Below, in pieces: positions 9,189 to 20,140 of a DNA stretch of 32,000 nucleotides. Numbering within the stretch: position 1 is the stretch's first letter; every line of letters begins with the position of its first letter. The notes beneath the pieces are model-generated. The model was not told the DNA's origin. It saw only the letters and a list, made by a program, of their open reading frames with translations, and ran no database searches. This DNA comes from Geobacter metallireducens GS-15 (GTDB taxonomy: Bacteria; Desulfobacterota; Desulfuromonadia; Geobacterales; Geobacteraceae): the NCBI RefSeq assembly GCF_000012925.1, contig NC_007517.1, positions 1,920,001 through 1,952,000 of the forward strand. Direction: 5' to 3'. Made by a program: the position numbers and the translations under genes.

Positions 9189-9971
9189 TTATTTCCCCGT
9201 AAATACTGCTTTCCGCTTTTCCACAAAGGCCCCCATCCCTTCCTTCTGGTCGGCGGTGCCGAAGAGCACCCCGAAGAGGGAGGCCTCGTAGCGGAAGCCG
9301 TCTTCCTTTCCCATGTTCAGGCCGTTGGCAATGGCATTCTTGGCGTAGGTAACCCCCAGGGGGCCGACGCCGGCGATGGCGGCCGCTGTCTCTTTTGCTT
9401 TGACCAGAAGCTCCTCCGGAGCGAACACCTCGTTGACGATCCCCCAGGCCTGGGCCTTGTCGGCCGCGATCATCCGGCCGGTAAAGATCAGTTCGTTAGC
9501 CCGGTTCTTCCCGATAAGGCGGGCCAGGTTCTGGGTGCCGCCGAAGCCGGGGATAATGCCGAGGGTCACCTCGGGGAAACCGAGCTTCGCCTTCTCCGAG
9601 GCGTAGATGAAGTCGCACCCCAGGGCCAGTTCCAGCCCGCCCCCCAGGGCGAAGCCGTTCACCGCGGCGATGACCGGGGTCTTCATCTTCTCCATGGCCA
9701 TCATGCAGTGCTGCCCCTTCAGGGCGAACTGGTGTCCTTCGAAGGAGGACATGGCCGCCATCTCTTTGATGTCGGCCCCGGCCACGAAGGCCTTCTCGCC
9801 GGCGCCGGTGAGGACCACCACCCGAACCGCCGGATCGTACTCCAGTTGGTAGAAGGCGGAGGCCAGCTCGGTCAGCACCTCGCTGTTCAGGGCATTGAGG
9901 GCCTGGGGACGGTTGACGGTGAGGGTGGCGACGCCGTCAGCGGTTTCGATGAGCAGATTCTTGAATTCCAT
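9189..9971 (-). CDS. Enoyl-CoA hydratase (crotonase family)
   Basis: 260 aa starting MEFKNLLIETADGVATLTVNRPQALNAL, with …VAAVNGFALGGGLELALGCDF… (the crotonase oxyanion-hole region). AAAGGAG RBS before the ATG at 9971. Confidence 0.9.
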   Translation of the reverse strand: MEFKNLLIETADGVATLTVNRPQALNALNSEVLTELASAFYQLEYDPAVRVVVLTGAGEKAFVAGADIKEMAAMSSFEGHQFALKGQHCMMAMEKMKTPVIAAVNGFALGGGLELALGCDFIYASEKAKLGFPEVTLGIIPGFGGTQNLARLIGKNRANELIFTGRMIAADKAQAWGIVNEVFAPEELLVKAKETAAAIAGVGPLGVTYAKNAIANGLNMGKEDGFRYEASLFGVLFGTADQKEGMGAFVEKRKAVFTGK

Positions 9972-9984
9972 AAAGGCTCCTTTA

Positions 9985-10126
9985 GCCACAGAGGGCACAG
10001 AGATCACAGAGAGAGACAAAACCGTAAGATCCTTTCAAGTCTAATAACCAAAATCCCTATACGTACTGCGGTGTTATGCGAGCCGGGCCTTAAAGGTTTA
10101 CTGGTTTTCTCTGTGACCTCTGTGGC
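9985..10126. repeat. 142-bp inverted-repeat (REP/MITE-like) element made of tandem CACAGAG units
   Basis: The left arm GCCACAGAGGGCACAGAGAT (9985-10004, with a third CACAGAG at 10005-10011) pairs with the reverse complement of 10107-10126 (GCCACAGAGGTCACAGAGAA) at 18 of 20 positions. The loop is about 100 nt. Confidence 0.7.
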
Positions 10127-10131
10127 AAATA

Positions 10132-12219
<2,088 letters not shown>

Positions 12220-12263
12220 TTTGTTGACTGAGAACACGGTTGCTCCGTGTTTCAAATTTGTTT

Positions 12264-13439
12264 TCAAACCCGTTCGAAGATGACTGCCACCGCCTCGCCG
12301 CCGCCGATGCAGAGGGTGGCGAGGCCGTAGCGTTTCTGCCGCCGATGGAGTTCCCGGATGACCGTGGCTGCAAGCCGGCCGCCGCTGGCGCCGATGGGGT
12401 GGCCGATGGCGCAGGCGCCGCCGTTGACGTTCACCTTGTCCAGGGGGAGGCCGAGACCCTTGATGGCCAGGAGGGCCACCGAGGCAAAGGCCTCGTTGAT
12501 CTCGAAGAGGTCGATGTCGGACACCGTCAGGCCGGCCTTGGCGCAGGCCTTCTCGATGGCGCCGATGGGGGCCTCGGGGAAGTTGTCGGGATGACGGCTT
12601 TCCGTGGCCGAGGCAACGATCCGGGCCTTGGGGGTGAGGTTGTGCTTCTTTAGGCCGTCGGCATCGGTCAGCAGGGCCAGGGCCGCGCCGTCGTTGATAG
12701 TGGAGGCGTTGCCGGCGGTGATGGTGCCGTCCTTCTTGAAGGCGGCCCGCAGGGATGGCAGCTTGCTCGGATCACCCTTGAAGGGCTCTTCGTCCGTGCC
12801 AATGGTTTCGTCTCCCTTTTTCCCCTTCTTCACCACCGGCACGATCTCGTCGGCAAAGATGCCGCCGGTCACCGCCGCCTGGGCCAGTTCGTAGGAGCGC
12901 CGGGCGAACGCGTCCTGCTCCTTGCGGGTGAGGCCACCGCGCTCCGCGCTCACCTCACCGATCTCTCCCATGTGACGGCCCGTATAGGGATCCTGGAGAC
13001 CGTCGTAGATCAGCAGGTCCAGCAGTTCACTGTGCCCCATGCGGTAGCCGGCGCGGGCCTTCTTGAGGAAAAAGGGCGCCAGGGACATGTTCTCCATGCC
13101 GCCGGCGATGACAATTTGGGACTCACCGAGACGAATGCTGTCGGCGCCGAGCATGATTGCCTTCAGGCCGCTGCCGCAGACCTTGTTGATGGTCAGGGCA
13201 TGGGCCGAGTCAGGGATTCCCGCCCCGCGCATGGCTTGGCGGGCCGGGGCTTGGCCACAGCCGCCGGAGAGGACCTGCCCCACAATGACTTCATTCACCG
13301 TGTCGGGGGCGAGGCCGGCCTTTGCCAGAAGCTCTTTCATGACGGTGGCGGCCAGCTTTGGGGCCTCCACATCGGCCAGCATGCCGGAAAATGAACCAAA
13401 CGGTGTTCTTAGAGCATCAACCACAAACACGTCTTGCAT
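12264..13439 (-). CDS. Acetyl-CoA C-acetyltransferase (thiolase II)
   Basis: 391 aa starting MQDVFVVDALRTPFGSF…, with the active-site Cys region …INKVCGSGLKA… and the C-terminal …NVNGGACAIGHPIGASG…LCIGGGEAVA. GGAGGG RBS upstream of the ATG at 13439. Confidence 0.92.
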   Translation of the reverse strand: MQDVFVVDALRTPFGSFSGMLADVEAPKLAATVMKELLAKAGLAPDTVNEVIVGQVLSGGCGQAPARQAMRGAGIPDSAHALTINKVCGSGLKAIMLGADSIRLGESQIVIAGGMENMSLAPFFLKKARAGYRMGHSELLDLLIYDGLQDPYTGRHMGEIGEVSAERGGLTRKEQDAFARRSYELAQAAVTGGIFADEIVPVVKKGKKGDETIGTDEEPFKGDPSKLPSLRAAFKKDGTITAGNASTINDGAALALLTDADGLKKHNLTPKARIVASATESRHPDNFPEAPIGAIEKACAKAGLTVSDIDLFEINEAFASVALLAIKGLGLPLDKVNVNGGACAIGHPIGASGGRLAATVIRELHRRQKRYGLATLCIGGGEAVAVIFERV

Positions 13440-13470
13440 CGCTTTCCCTCCGGGTTGCAGATTTGGTGTA

Positions 13471-13499
13471 AGCATATATCTACTTCACGTGCATGTCAA
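13471..13499 (-). promoter_or_regulatory. Predicted sigma70 promoter of the thiolase/beta-oxidation operon
   Basis: Minus-strand reading: TTGACA (13499-13494), a 17-nt spacer TGCACGTGAAGTAGATA, then TATGCT (13476-13471), about 30 nt upstream of the ATG. It is part of a 53-nt block 75% identical to 20255-20307. Confidence 0.5.
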
Positions 13500-13711
13500 C
13501 CATATTTAGAACGGCTTTATAGATGTGTGTGAATCTTTATGTTCGGGTTCTGATAAAAACCAATTATACCGATATGTTGCGTGTGTGATTTAGAGTGCTT
13601 ATTGTTGGGGAACTTGTTGGTTGATGTGTTTATTTGACGTCAAGGTTAGATATTAAGGGGGTGTTGAGCGGTTATAAAAAAGCGGTATAGAGATGTGATT
13701 TCGTTTCTTGC

Positions 13712-13740
13712 CAAAAAAATGGGCAGCCCGTCGGCTGCCC
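13712..13740 (-). terminator. Rho-independent terminator downstream of the M24 peptidase gene
   Basis: Minus-strand RNA: GGGCAGCC-GACG-GGCUGCCC (13740-13721) followed by AUUUUUUU (13720-13713). Confidence 0.8.
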
Positions 13741-13769
13741 CCAATGGAGAAAGAAGTACCCGAACAGCC

Positions 13770-14939
13770 CTACAGAAACACGATGTCATCGGCCATGCTA
13801 GTGAGCTTCTCGCCGCCTCTGCTGGTAACGGCGAAGGTATTCTCGATGCCGATGACCCCCTGGCCAGGAATGACGAACTTCGGTTCGATGGCGATGGTCT
13901 GTCCCGCCTGGAGCGGAACCTTGAATCCCTGGGCCAGCACCGGGAATTCGTCCAACTCCAGGCCAACCCCGTGGCCGACGAATTTCGCGTTTTCCCCAGG
14001 AGCCCCCATGTAGTTTCTGCCGAGGCCGGCGGCTTCGGCCATTTCCAACGATCTCGCGAACAGTTCCTCGCAGATTGTCCCCGGCTTGAGGTTTTCCACC
14101 AGGTACTGATGTATCCGCAGGGAAGTGGCAAAGGCGTGCTCCAGTTCACTGCTCAGGGAACCGATGACGAAGATGCGGGTCATGTCGACGAGGTAACCCT
14201 TGAAGATGCCGGCAAAGTCGAGAAGGATCGGGGTGCCGGGAGTGATCGTCTCGGTGGAGGCTCCGTAGGGGGAAGCATTGGAGAGGCCGCGGCCCGTGAC
14301 GGCGCCGTCGAAGAAGCCCGGTTCGGCAGCGGTCGCTCCCGATACCGCCAGCCCCTGAAACAGCTCTTGGTTGAAGGCGCGCATTCGTATGTATCCTTCA
14401 CTTCCCGCCTTCCGGAGCCGGCACTCGAACTCCGCGGCAAGGTCAATCTCCCGCATCCCCACCTTCAGGAATGTGGGAACCTGGGTGAAGACTTCACATA
14501 GCCGGGCGCCGCATTCCCGCAAGCGGTCCAGCTCCCAGGCCGATTTGACCGACCGGAGTTCCCGGTTGATCCCCGAGATATCCACAAGCTCCCGGCCGGG
14601 GAGCATCTTGGCGTAGTAGTTGTACTGCTGCACCGGTATGATGTCGAAGGTGAGGCCGACCTTTTTCACATCCTCGGAAAACAGGGTGGGAAATTCTTTG
14701 CTGGAGGGGAATGGCCGGGTATCCTCGATGAGGCTTTCCTTTACGGCGCGGCTGTAGCTCTTGCGCACCAGCAGGAGCGGGTTGCCGTCGGCCGGCACCC
14801 AAAGGGTAGCGTTCTGGCGGGTGCCGGTGAAGTAGTAGACATCGATGGGAAAGATGATGAGCGCCCCGTCGATCCCCTTGGCGCGCAGTTCCGTCTGCAG
14901 TCGGATGATCCGCTGTTCCGATTCCATTTTTGTCATCAT
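13770..14939 (-). CDS. M24-family metallopeptidase (Xaa-Pro aminopeptidase/creatinase fold)
   Basis: 389 aa. All five pita-bread metal ligands are recognisable: LLDFAG, VDMTR, GHGVG, IAIEPK, IGIENT. AAGGAGA RBS. Confidence 0.85.
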   Translation of the reverse strand: MMTKMESEQRIIRLQTELRAKGIDGALIIFPIDVYYFTGTRQNATLWVPADGNPLLLVRKSYSRAVKESLIEDTRPFPSSKEFPTLFSEDVKKVGLTFDIIPVQQYNYYAKMLPGRELVDISGINRELRSVKSAWELDRLRECGARLCEVFTQVPTFLKVGMREIDLAAEFECRLRKAGSEGYIRMRAFNQELFQGLAVSGATAAEPGFFDGAVTGRGLSNASPYGASTETITPGTPILLDFAGIFKGYLVDMTRIFVIGSLSSELEHAFATSLRIHQYLVENLKPGTICEELFARSLEMAEAAGLGRNYMGAPGENAKFVGHGVGLELDEFPVLAQGFKVPLQAGQTIAIEPKFVIPGQGVIGIENTFAVTSRGGEKLTSMADDIVFL

Positions 14940-14970
14940 CGGTAGTTATCTCCTTCAGAATAGCTAGTAT

Positions 14971-16014
14971 TCAGAGCATCCGGTAGTGGCCGGCGATGGC
15001 CTGGTAGCTCCGGTATGCCTCCAGGTAGCGGGCATCCTCCCGGTAGGTGGCCGGATAAATGGGGGGCACCGGACGGTGGTTCAGCTCCCGGTCCACGTTC
15101 ACAAAGGTAAAGAGGCACGAGTTGGAGAGGGCGCTGGCGGTCCGGTCGCGGCTGATCCGTTCGATGCTCGCCTCGACACAGACAAAGCTCTCGTTGGTGT
15201 AAACCACCCGGCTGGTGAAGTGGAGCTTGTCTCCGATCCTCACCGGGTGAAAGAAGTTGATCCGGTTTACCGCCGCGATGATGGAGCGGTCAGGCGCCAC
15301 CTGCTCGGAGCAGATGGCCGACAGCTCGTAGGCGCGGCGGATCAGGTAGCCGCCGAAGATCCGCTGGGGGACGTACTCCTGCTCCGGGTACATCCGTTCC
15401 CAGGCGTCGGCCACCAGGCGGCCGGCTGGGTGGCCGGTGAAGCCGGGCTCTTCCTGGTCCCGATGCAGCCGGTCGAGCATCTCGTATTCCTCCCGGCTGG
15501 GAGGCTCCAGAAGAGACGCCTGCTGCCGGCGGTACTCCTCCCGGTCGGCAATGGCCTTGGCGGCCCGCTGTTGCTCCAGCTCGTCGCCGTACTCAAGAGG
15601 GGGAAGGGGAATGCTCTCGCCGGCCCCTTCTCCGCCACGGGCAACCATGGTGAAATAGCAGGAGGCGATGTGGGTGGCCGGGTCGCCGGCATGCTCCACC
15701 CGGATCCCCACTTCCAGCGAGGAGCGCCCCACGTGGTTGATCCGGGCATGCATGACGATGTCGCGGTTGACGTCCACCACGTGGCGCACCAGGATGTTGT
15801 CGATGGCCGCCGTAACGACCCGCCCCTCGGGATGAAAGCGCCGGACATAGGCAATGGCCGTCTGCTCGGCGAGGATATCCAACTCTTCCAGCAGGAGGCC
15901 GAAGCGGAAATTGCCGGGTATCTCCTCGTCGACCACCATGAAACGCCGACGATGCTTCGGTTCGCTCCCCAGCGACAAGGTCCGGTAAAGCGATGTTTCC
16001 GTTGGGGTAGTCAT
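14971..16014 (-). CDS. Acyl-CoA thioesterase with two hotdog domains (Acot/BFIT-like)
   Basis: 347 aa with two repeats of the hotdog pattern (…VVTAAIDNILVRHVVDVNRDIVMHARINHVGRSSLEVGIRV… and …IIAAVNRINFFHPVRIGDKLHFTSRVVYTNESFVCVEASIE…). GGAGG RBS. Confidence 0.8.
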   Translation of the reverse strand: MTTPTETSLYRTLSLGSEPKHRRRFMVVDEEIPGNFRFGLLLEELDILAEQTAIAYVRRFHPEGRVVTAAIDNILVRHVVDVNRDIVMHARINHVGRSSLEVGIRVEHAGDPATHIASCYFTMVARGGEGAGESIPLPPLEYGDELEQQRAAKAIADREEYRRQQASLLEPPSREEYEMLDRLHRDQEEPGFTGHPAGRLVADAWERMYPEQEYVPQRIFGGYLIRRAYELSAICSEQVAPDRSIIAAVNRINFFHPVRIGDKLHFTSRVVYTNESFVCVEASIERISRDRTASALSNSCLFTFVNVDRELNHRPVPPIYPATYREDARYLEAYRSYQAIAGHYRML

Positions 16015-16166
16015 GAAATGCCTCCAGTATTTAATGAAGTAATTGCTGCATCCAGTTTACCCCGTATCGCTTAATCGTAAAGCGGAATCGCATGATGCAT
16101 GAGAGGCGGCCCTTGAGCGCTTTCCCAATCGGGCGTGAGATTTCGGCCAGATTGTCGTCCCCCACA

Positions 16167-16213
16167 GGGCCGTCGCGGAGGCGTAGCAGCGCTACGCCGC
16201 ACAAGAACGGACC
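16167..16213. repeat. Structured intergenic repeat, copy 2 (core 16174-16205)
   Basis: The core CGCGGAGGCGTAGCAGCGCTACGCCGCACAAG is the same as at 5913-5944. The outer helix here is GGCCGT (16168-16173) / ACGGaCC (16207-16213), a different sequence with the same pairing. Confidence 0.7.
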
Positions 16214-16254
16214 GAGGACGGACGGCAAAATGGTCGGAAGACCGCGCCCGCCTA

Positions 16255-19200
16255 TCACATGTTCCGGCGGTATTTTCCCCCCACCTCATACAGCGCATGG
16301 CTGATCTGCCCCAGGGACGCCACCTTGGCGGTTTCCATGAGCTCGGCAAAGATGTTGCCGCCGTTTACGGCAACCTCCTGCAGTCGCTTCAGCGCCTGTG
16401 GTGCCTCATTCCTGTGCCGCTCCTGGAAGGCCCGCAGGTTGGCGATCTGCTGCTCCTTCTCCTCTTTCGTGGCACGGGCCAGTTCCCCTGGCACCTGGTA
16501 CCCCTCCTCGCAGGCCCGGGGATTGAGGAAGCAGTTGACCCCGATGATGGGGAGCTCGCCGCTGTGTTTCTTGTGCTCGTAGAGCATGGATTCATCCTGG
16601 ATCTTGCTCCGCTGGTACTGGGTCTCCATTGCCCCCAGGACGCCCCCCCGCTGGTCGATCCGCTCGAATTCACACATCACCGCCTCTTCCACCAGGTCGG
16701 TCAGCTCCTCGATGATGAAGGAGCCCTGGCAGGAGTTCTCGTTCTTCGCCAGGCCGAACTCCCGGGTGATAATCATCTGGATCGCCATGGCCCGGCGCAC
16801 CGACTCCTCGGTTGGGGTAGTGACCGCCTCGTCGTAGGCGTTGGTGTGGAGGGAGTTGCAGTTGTCGTAAATAGCCATGAGGGCCTGAAGCGTCGTGCGG
16901 ATGTCGTTGAAATCCATCTCCTGGGCGTGGAGGGAGCGGCCGCTGGTCTGGATGTGGTACTTGAGCTTCTGGCTCCGGTCGTTGGCGCCGTACTTCTCCC
17001 GCATCACCACGGCCCAGATGCGCCGCGCCACCCGGCCGATGACCGTGTACTCCGGGTCGAGGCCGTTACTGAAGAAGTAGGAGAGGTTCGGGGCGAAGTC
17101 GTCGATCTTCATGCCGCGGGAGAGGTAGTACTCCACGTAGGTGAAGCCGTTGGAGAGGGTGAAGGCCAGCTGGGAGATGGGGTTAGCCCCCGCCTCGGCA
17201 ATGTGGTAGCCGCTGATGGAGACCGAGTAGTAGTTCCGCACCTTCTGCTCGATGAAGTACTGCTGGATGTCACCCATCATCCGGAGGGCGAACTCGGTGG
17301 AGAAGATGCAGGTGTTCTGCCCCTGGTCCTCCTTGAGGATGTCGGCCTGCACGGTGCCGCGCACCGTCTGGAGGGTACAGCTCCTGATCTCGGCGTACTC
17401 GGCGCCGCTGGGCGCACGGCCGTTCTTCTCCCGGAACGCGGCCACCTGCTGCTCGATGGCGGCGTTGAAGAAGAAGGCGAGCATCATGGGGGCCGGGCCG
17501 TTGATGGTGATGGAGACACTGGTGTTGGGGGCGCAGAGGTCGAAGCCGGCATAGAGCTTCTGCATGTCCTCAACGGTGCAGATGGAGACCCCGCTCTCGC
17601 CCACCTTGCCGTAGATGTCGGGGGGATAGTCCGGGTCCTCGCCGTAGAGGGTGACGCTGTCGAAGGCGGTGGAGAGCCGCTTGGCGTCGTCGTCCTTGCA
17701 GAGATAGTGGAAGCGGCGGTTGGTCCGCTCCGGCGACCCCTCGCCGGCGAACTGGCGCTTCGGGTCCTCCTCGGCCCGCTTGAAGGGGAAGACCCCGGCG
17801 GTGTAGGGGAAGAGCCCCGGCACGTTCTCCAGCATGGACCAGCGGACGATCTCCCCGTAATCGGCGAAGTCGGGGAGGCAGACCTTGGGAATCCGGGTGC
17901 CGGAGAGGGTGGTGGTGTAGAGGTCGCTGCGGATCTCCTTGTCCCGTACCTTCGTCACCAGCTGATCCTGGCGGTAGGTTTCCTTCAGGCAGGGCCAGTC
18001 GGCGAGGATCTTTTTCGGCTCTTCGTGGAGTTTTGCCTCATGGAGGGCGATCTGCCTCTCCAGTTCCCCCGTGGCCGGCGAATCGCCCACCACTTCCTTC
18101 GCCCCCTGCAGTTGGAAGAGCCGCCGGGCAACGCCGGCCTGCTCCTGCACCCGTTTCCGGTAGCCGCGCACCGTCTGCACGATCTCTCCCAGGTAGTGGA
18201 TCCGGTCCGGCGGGATGATGTACTGCTTGAGGCTCTCCTTCTCGGTGATGACCAGGTTCGACTGGAATCCCGAGCCCGTTTTGGTGTTCAGGGTTTCCAT
18301 GAGGGCCCGGTAGAGGACGTTGGTGCCGGGGTCGTTGAACTGGGCCGCGATGGTGCCGAACACCGGCAGCTCTTCGTCGGCCGCCTCGAAGAGGTTGCGG
18401 TTACGCCGGTACTGTTTGCGCACGTTGCGCAGGGCATCCTCGGCCCCTTTCCGCTCGAACTTGTTGAGGGCGATGAGATCGGCGAAGTCGAGCATGTCGA
18501 TCTTCTCCAGTTGGGTCGGAGCGCCGAACTCGCAGGTCATGACGTAGAGGGAGACATCGGCGATCTCCACAACCCGGGCATCCCCCTGACCGATGCCGCT
18601 CGTCTCCACGATGACGAGATCGAAACCGGCGGCCTTCACCACATCAATGGCATCGTTGATGGCTGCAGACAGCTCCGAGTGGGAATCGCGGGTGGCCAGG
18701 GAGCGCATGTAGACCTTGCTGGTGTTGATGGCGTTCATCCGGATCCGGTCCCCCAGGAGTGCGCCACCGGTCCGTTGGCGACTCGGGTCCACCGCCAGAA
18801 TGGCGACGCTCTTCTCCGGGAAATCCCGCAGGAACCGGCGCACCAGCTCGTCGGTGAGGGAGCTCTTGCCGGCACCGCCCGTACCGGTGACCCCCACTAC
18901 CGGCGCGGGGCGGGCCATGGTCCTGATCCTCTCCCGCAGGGGGCCGTAGCCGCCGGAATGGTCATGGACATCCTGCTCCGCCAGGGTGATGAGGGTGTTG
19001 ACGGCCCGGATATCCTGGTGCTGGAGCTTGTTGATCTCTTCGTCGATGTTCCGCTGGGGGGCAAAATCGCACTCCTTGAGCATGAAGTTGATCATCCCCT
19101 GGAGCCCCATGCGCCTGCCGTCTTCGGGGGAAAAAATCTTGGAGATGCCGTAGGACTCCAGCTCCCGGATCTCGTCCGGGATGATGACCCCGCCGCCGCC

Positions 19201-19503
19201 GCCGAATATCCGCACCTGCTCCGCACCTCGCTCCCGCAGCTGGTCCTTGATGTACTTGAAGAACTCCAGGTGCCCTCCCTGGTAGCAGGAGACGGCAATT
19301 CCTTGGGCATCCTCCTGGATGGCGGCGGTGACGATCTCGTCCACGGAGCGGTTGTGCCCCAGGTGGATAACCTCGGCCCCAGAGGCCTGCAGAATACGAC
19401 GGATGATGTTGGTGGAGGCGTCGTGACCGTCGAAGAGGCTCGTGGCGGTGACGAAGCGGACCTTGTGGGTGGTTTTGTAGGGTGCTGCGGCGGCGGTATG
19501 CAT
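16255..19503 (-). CDS. icmF: Fused isobutyryl-CoA mutase (B12-binding domain, MeaB-like G-protein, mutase catalytic domain)
   Basis: 1082 aa starting [34 protein letters not shown] (B12-binding DxH region). The central P-loop is [20 protein letters not shown]. The large C-terminal domain is methylmalonyl-CoA-mutase-like. GGGAGG lies 7 nt upstream of the ATG at 19503. The 1241-aa track ORF is an unsupported 5' extension. Confidence 0.9.
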   Translation of the reverse strand: MHTAAAAPYKTTHKVRFVTATSLFDGHDASTNIIRRILQASGAEVIHLGHNRSVDEIVTAAIQEDAQGIAVSCYQGGHLEFFKYIKDQLRERGAEQVRIFGGGGGVIIPDEIRELESYGISKIFSPEDGRRMGLQGMINFMLKECDFAPQRNIDEEINKLQHQDIRAVNTLITLAEQDVHDHSGGYGPLRERIRTMARPAPVVGVTGTGGAGKSSLTDELVRRFLRDFPEKSVAILAVDPSRQRTGGALLGDRIRMNAINTSKVYMRSLATRDSHSELSAAINDAIDVVKAAGFDLVIVETSGIGQGDARVVEIADVSLYVMTCEFGAPTQLEKIDMLDFADLIALNKFERKGAEDALRNVRKQYRRNRNLFEAADEELPVFGTIAAQFNDPGTNVLYRALMETLNTKTGSGFQSNLVITEKESLKQYIIPPDRIHYLGEIVQTVRGYRKRVQEQAGVARRLFQLQGAKEVVGDSPATGELERQIALHEAKLHEEPKKILADWPCLKETYRQDQLVTKVRDKEIRSDLYTTTLSGTRIPKVCLPDFADYGEIVRWSMLENVPGLFPYTAGVFPFKRAEEDPKRQFAGEGSPERTNRRFHYLCKDDDAKRLSTAFDSVTLYGEDPDYPPDIYGKVGESGVSICTVEDMQKLYAGFDLCAPNTSVSITINGPAPMMLAFFFNAAIEQQVAAFREKNGRAPSGAEYAEIRSCTLQTVRGTVQADILKEDQGQNTCIFSTEFALRMMGDIQQYFIEQKVRNYYSVSISGYHIAEAGANPISQLAFTLSNGFTYVEYYLSRGMKIDDFAPNLSYFFSNGLDPEYTVIGRVARRIWAVVMREKYGANDRSQKLKYHIQTSGRSLHAQEMDFNDIRTTLQALMAIYDNCNSLHTNAYDEAVTTPTEESVRRAMAIQMIITREFGLAKNENSCQGSFIIEELTDLVEEAVMCEFERIDQRGGVLGAMETQYQRSKIQDESMLYEHKKHSGELPIIGVNCFLNPRACEEGYQVPGELARATKEEKEQQIANLRAFQERHRNEAPQALKRLQEVAVNGGNIFAELMETAKVASLGQISHALYEVGGKYRRNM

Positions 19504-19519
19504 GGATAGACCTCCCAGT

Positions 19520-20095
19520 TTATTTTTCGACCACAAACTCCCAGGCGCACCAGAAGGCGTCGGGGTGTGCATCTGGCGGACAGGCGATGCAGGATGTCCT
19601 GATGCGCGGGTCAACGGTTCTTGCGAATTCGGCGTACTCAACGAGGCCGACGCTCTTGCAGGGGAAATCCGGCAACCCCTTGCGCCTGCGGGCCGACTGG
19701 ACCCGGCAGTCGAGCATCCTGAAGGCGACCCGATCGTCGCTCTGCTCGATGACATCCTGCAAGTTGAGCCGCGCGTACAGGCGGTGCTTGAGGCACTCCA
19801 CCAGGGCCGGGATGCCGCCGCCGGGCTGAATCCCGAGGCGTTCCATGATCCGCTTCGCCTCGATGACCGTGAAGTAGCGCCATGCTTCGGTATCCGCATC
19901 GATGGCCACGTCGATCCCGTAGCGCTTTTCCACCGCCTGGAACCAGAGGCCGTCGTGGGCGAGCCAGTTCTTGGCGTCATCGACGATGATCCGTATCAGC
20001 TCTTCCTTGCTCAGCCCCTGCAGGAGCTGTATTCCCTCGTCGCCGGCACCGATGGGTGCCACGCTGTATCGTTTAAAGTCAGTCTCTGAGCTCAT
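19520..20095 (-). CDS. Conserved hypothetical Cys-rich protein (resembles ATC-hydrolase-like/DUF-type proteins; function unknown), first gene of the icmF operon
   Basis: 191 aa (…[18 protein letters not shown]… and C-terminal Cys residues in [24 protein letters not shown]). AAGGAGGTG RBS. The stop lies 16 nt before the icmF ATG. Confidence 0.7.
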   Translation of the reverse strand: MSSETDFKRYSVAPIGAGDEGIQLLQGLSKEELIRIIVDDAKNWLAHDGLWFQAVEKRYGIDVAIDADTEAWRYFTVIEAKRIMERLGIQPGGGIPALVECLKHRLYARLNLQDVIEQSDDRVAFRMLDCRVQSARRRKGLPDFPCKSVGLVEYAEFARTVDPRIRTSCIACPPDAHPDAFWCAWEFVVEK

Positions 20096-20140
20096 TTGAA
20101 CACCTCCTTACGTTTACGTACGATGTTTATTGTGGGTCGG

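Noticed and set aside
13646-14501. ORFs 13646-14149 (-), 13695-14501 (+) and 13708-14013 (+)
   Set aside because: They overlap the M24 peptidase gene in other frames or on the other strand, and they span its terminator. Their composition is typical of off-frame translation of GC-rich coding DNA.
16135-19509. 1124-aa plus-strand ORF
   Set aside because: It is exactly antisense to icmF. Its low-complexity G/A/V/L/D/E-rich translation is typical of shadow ORFs in high-GC DNA. It has no RBS. The opposite strand carries unmistakable IcmF motifs.
19504-19980. 5' extension of the icmF ORF (1241-aa version)
   Set aside because: It overlaps the 191-aa gene in another frame. IcmF similarity starts at [10 protein letters not shown] (19503), which has its own GGGAGG RBS.
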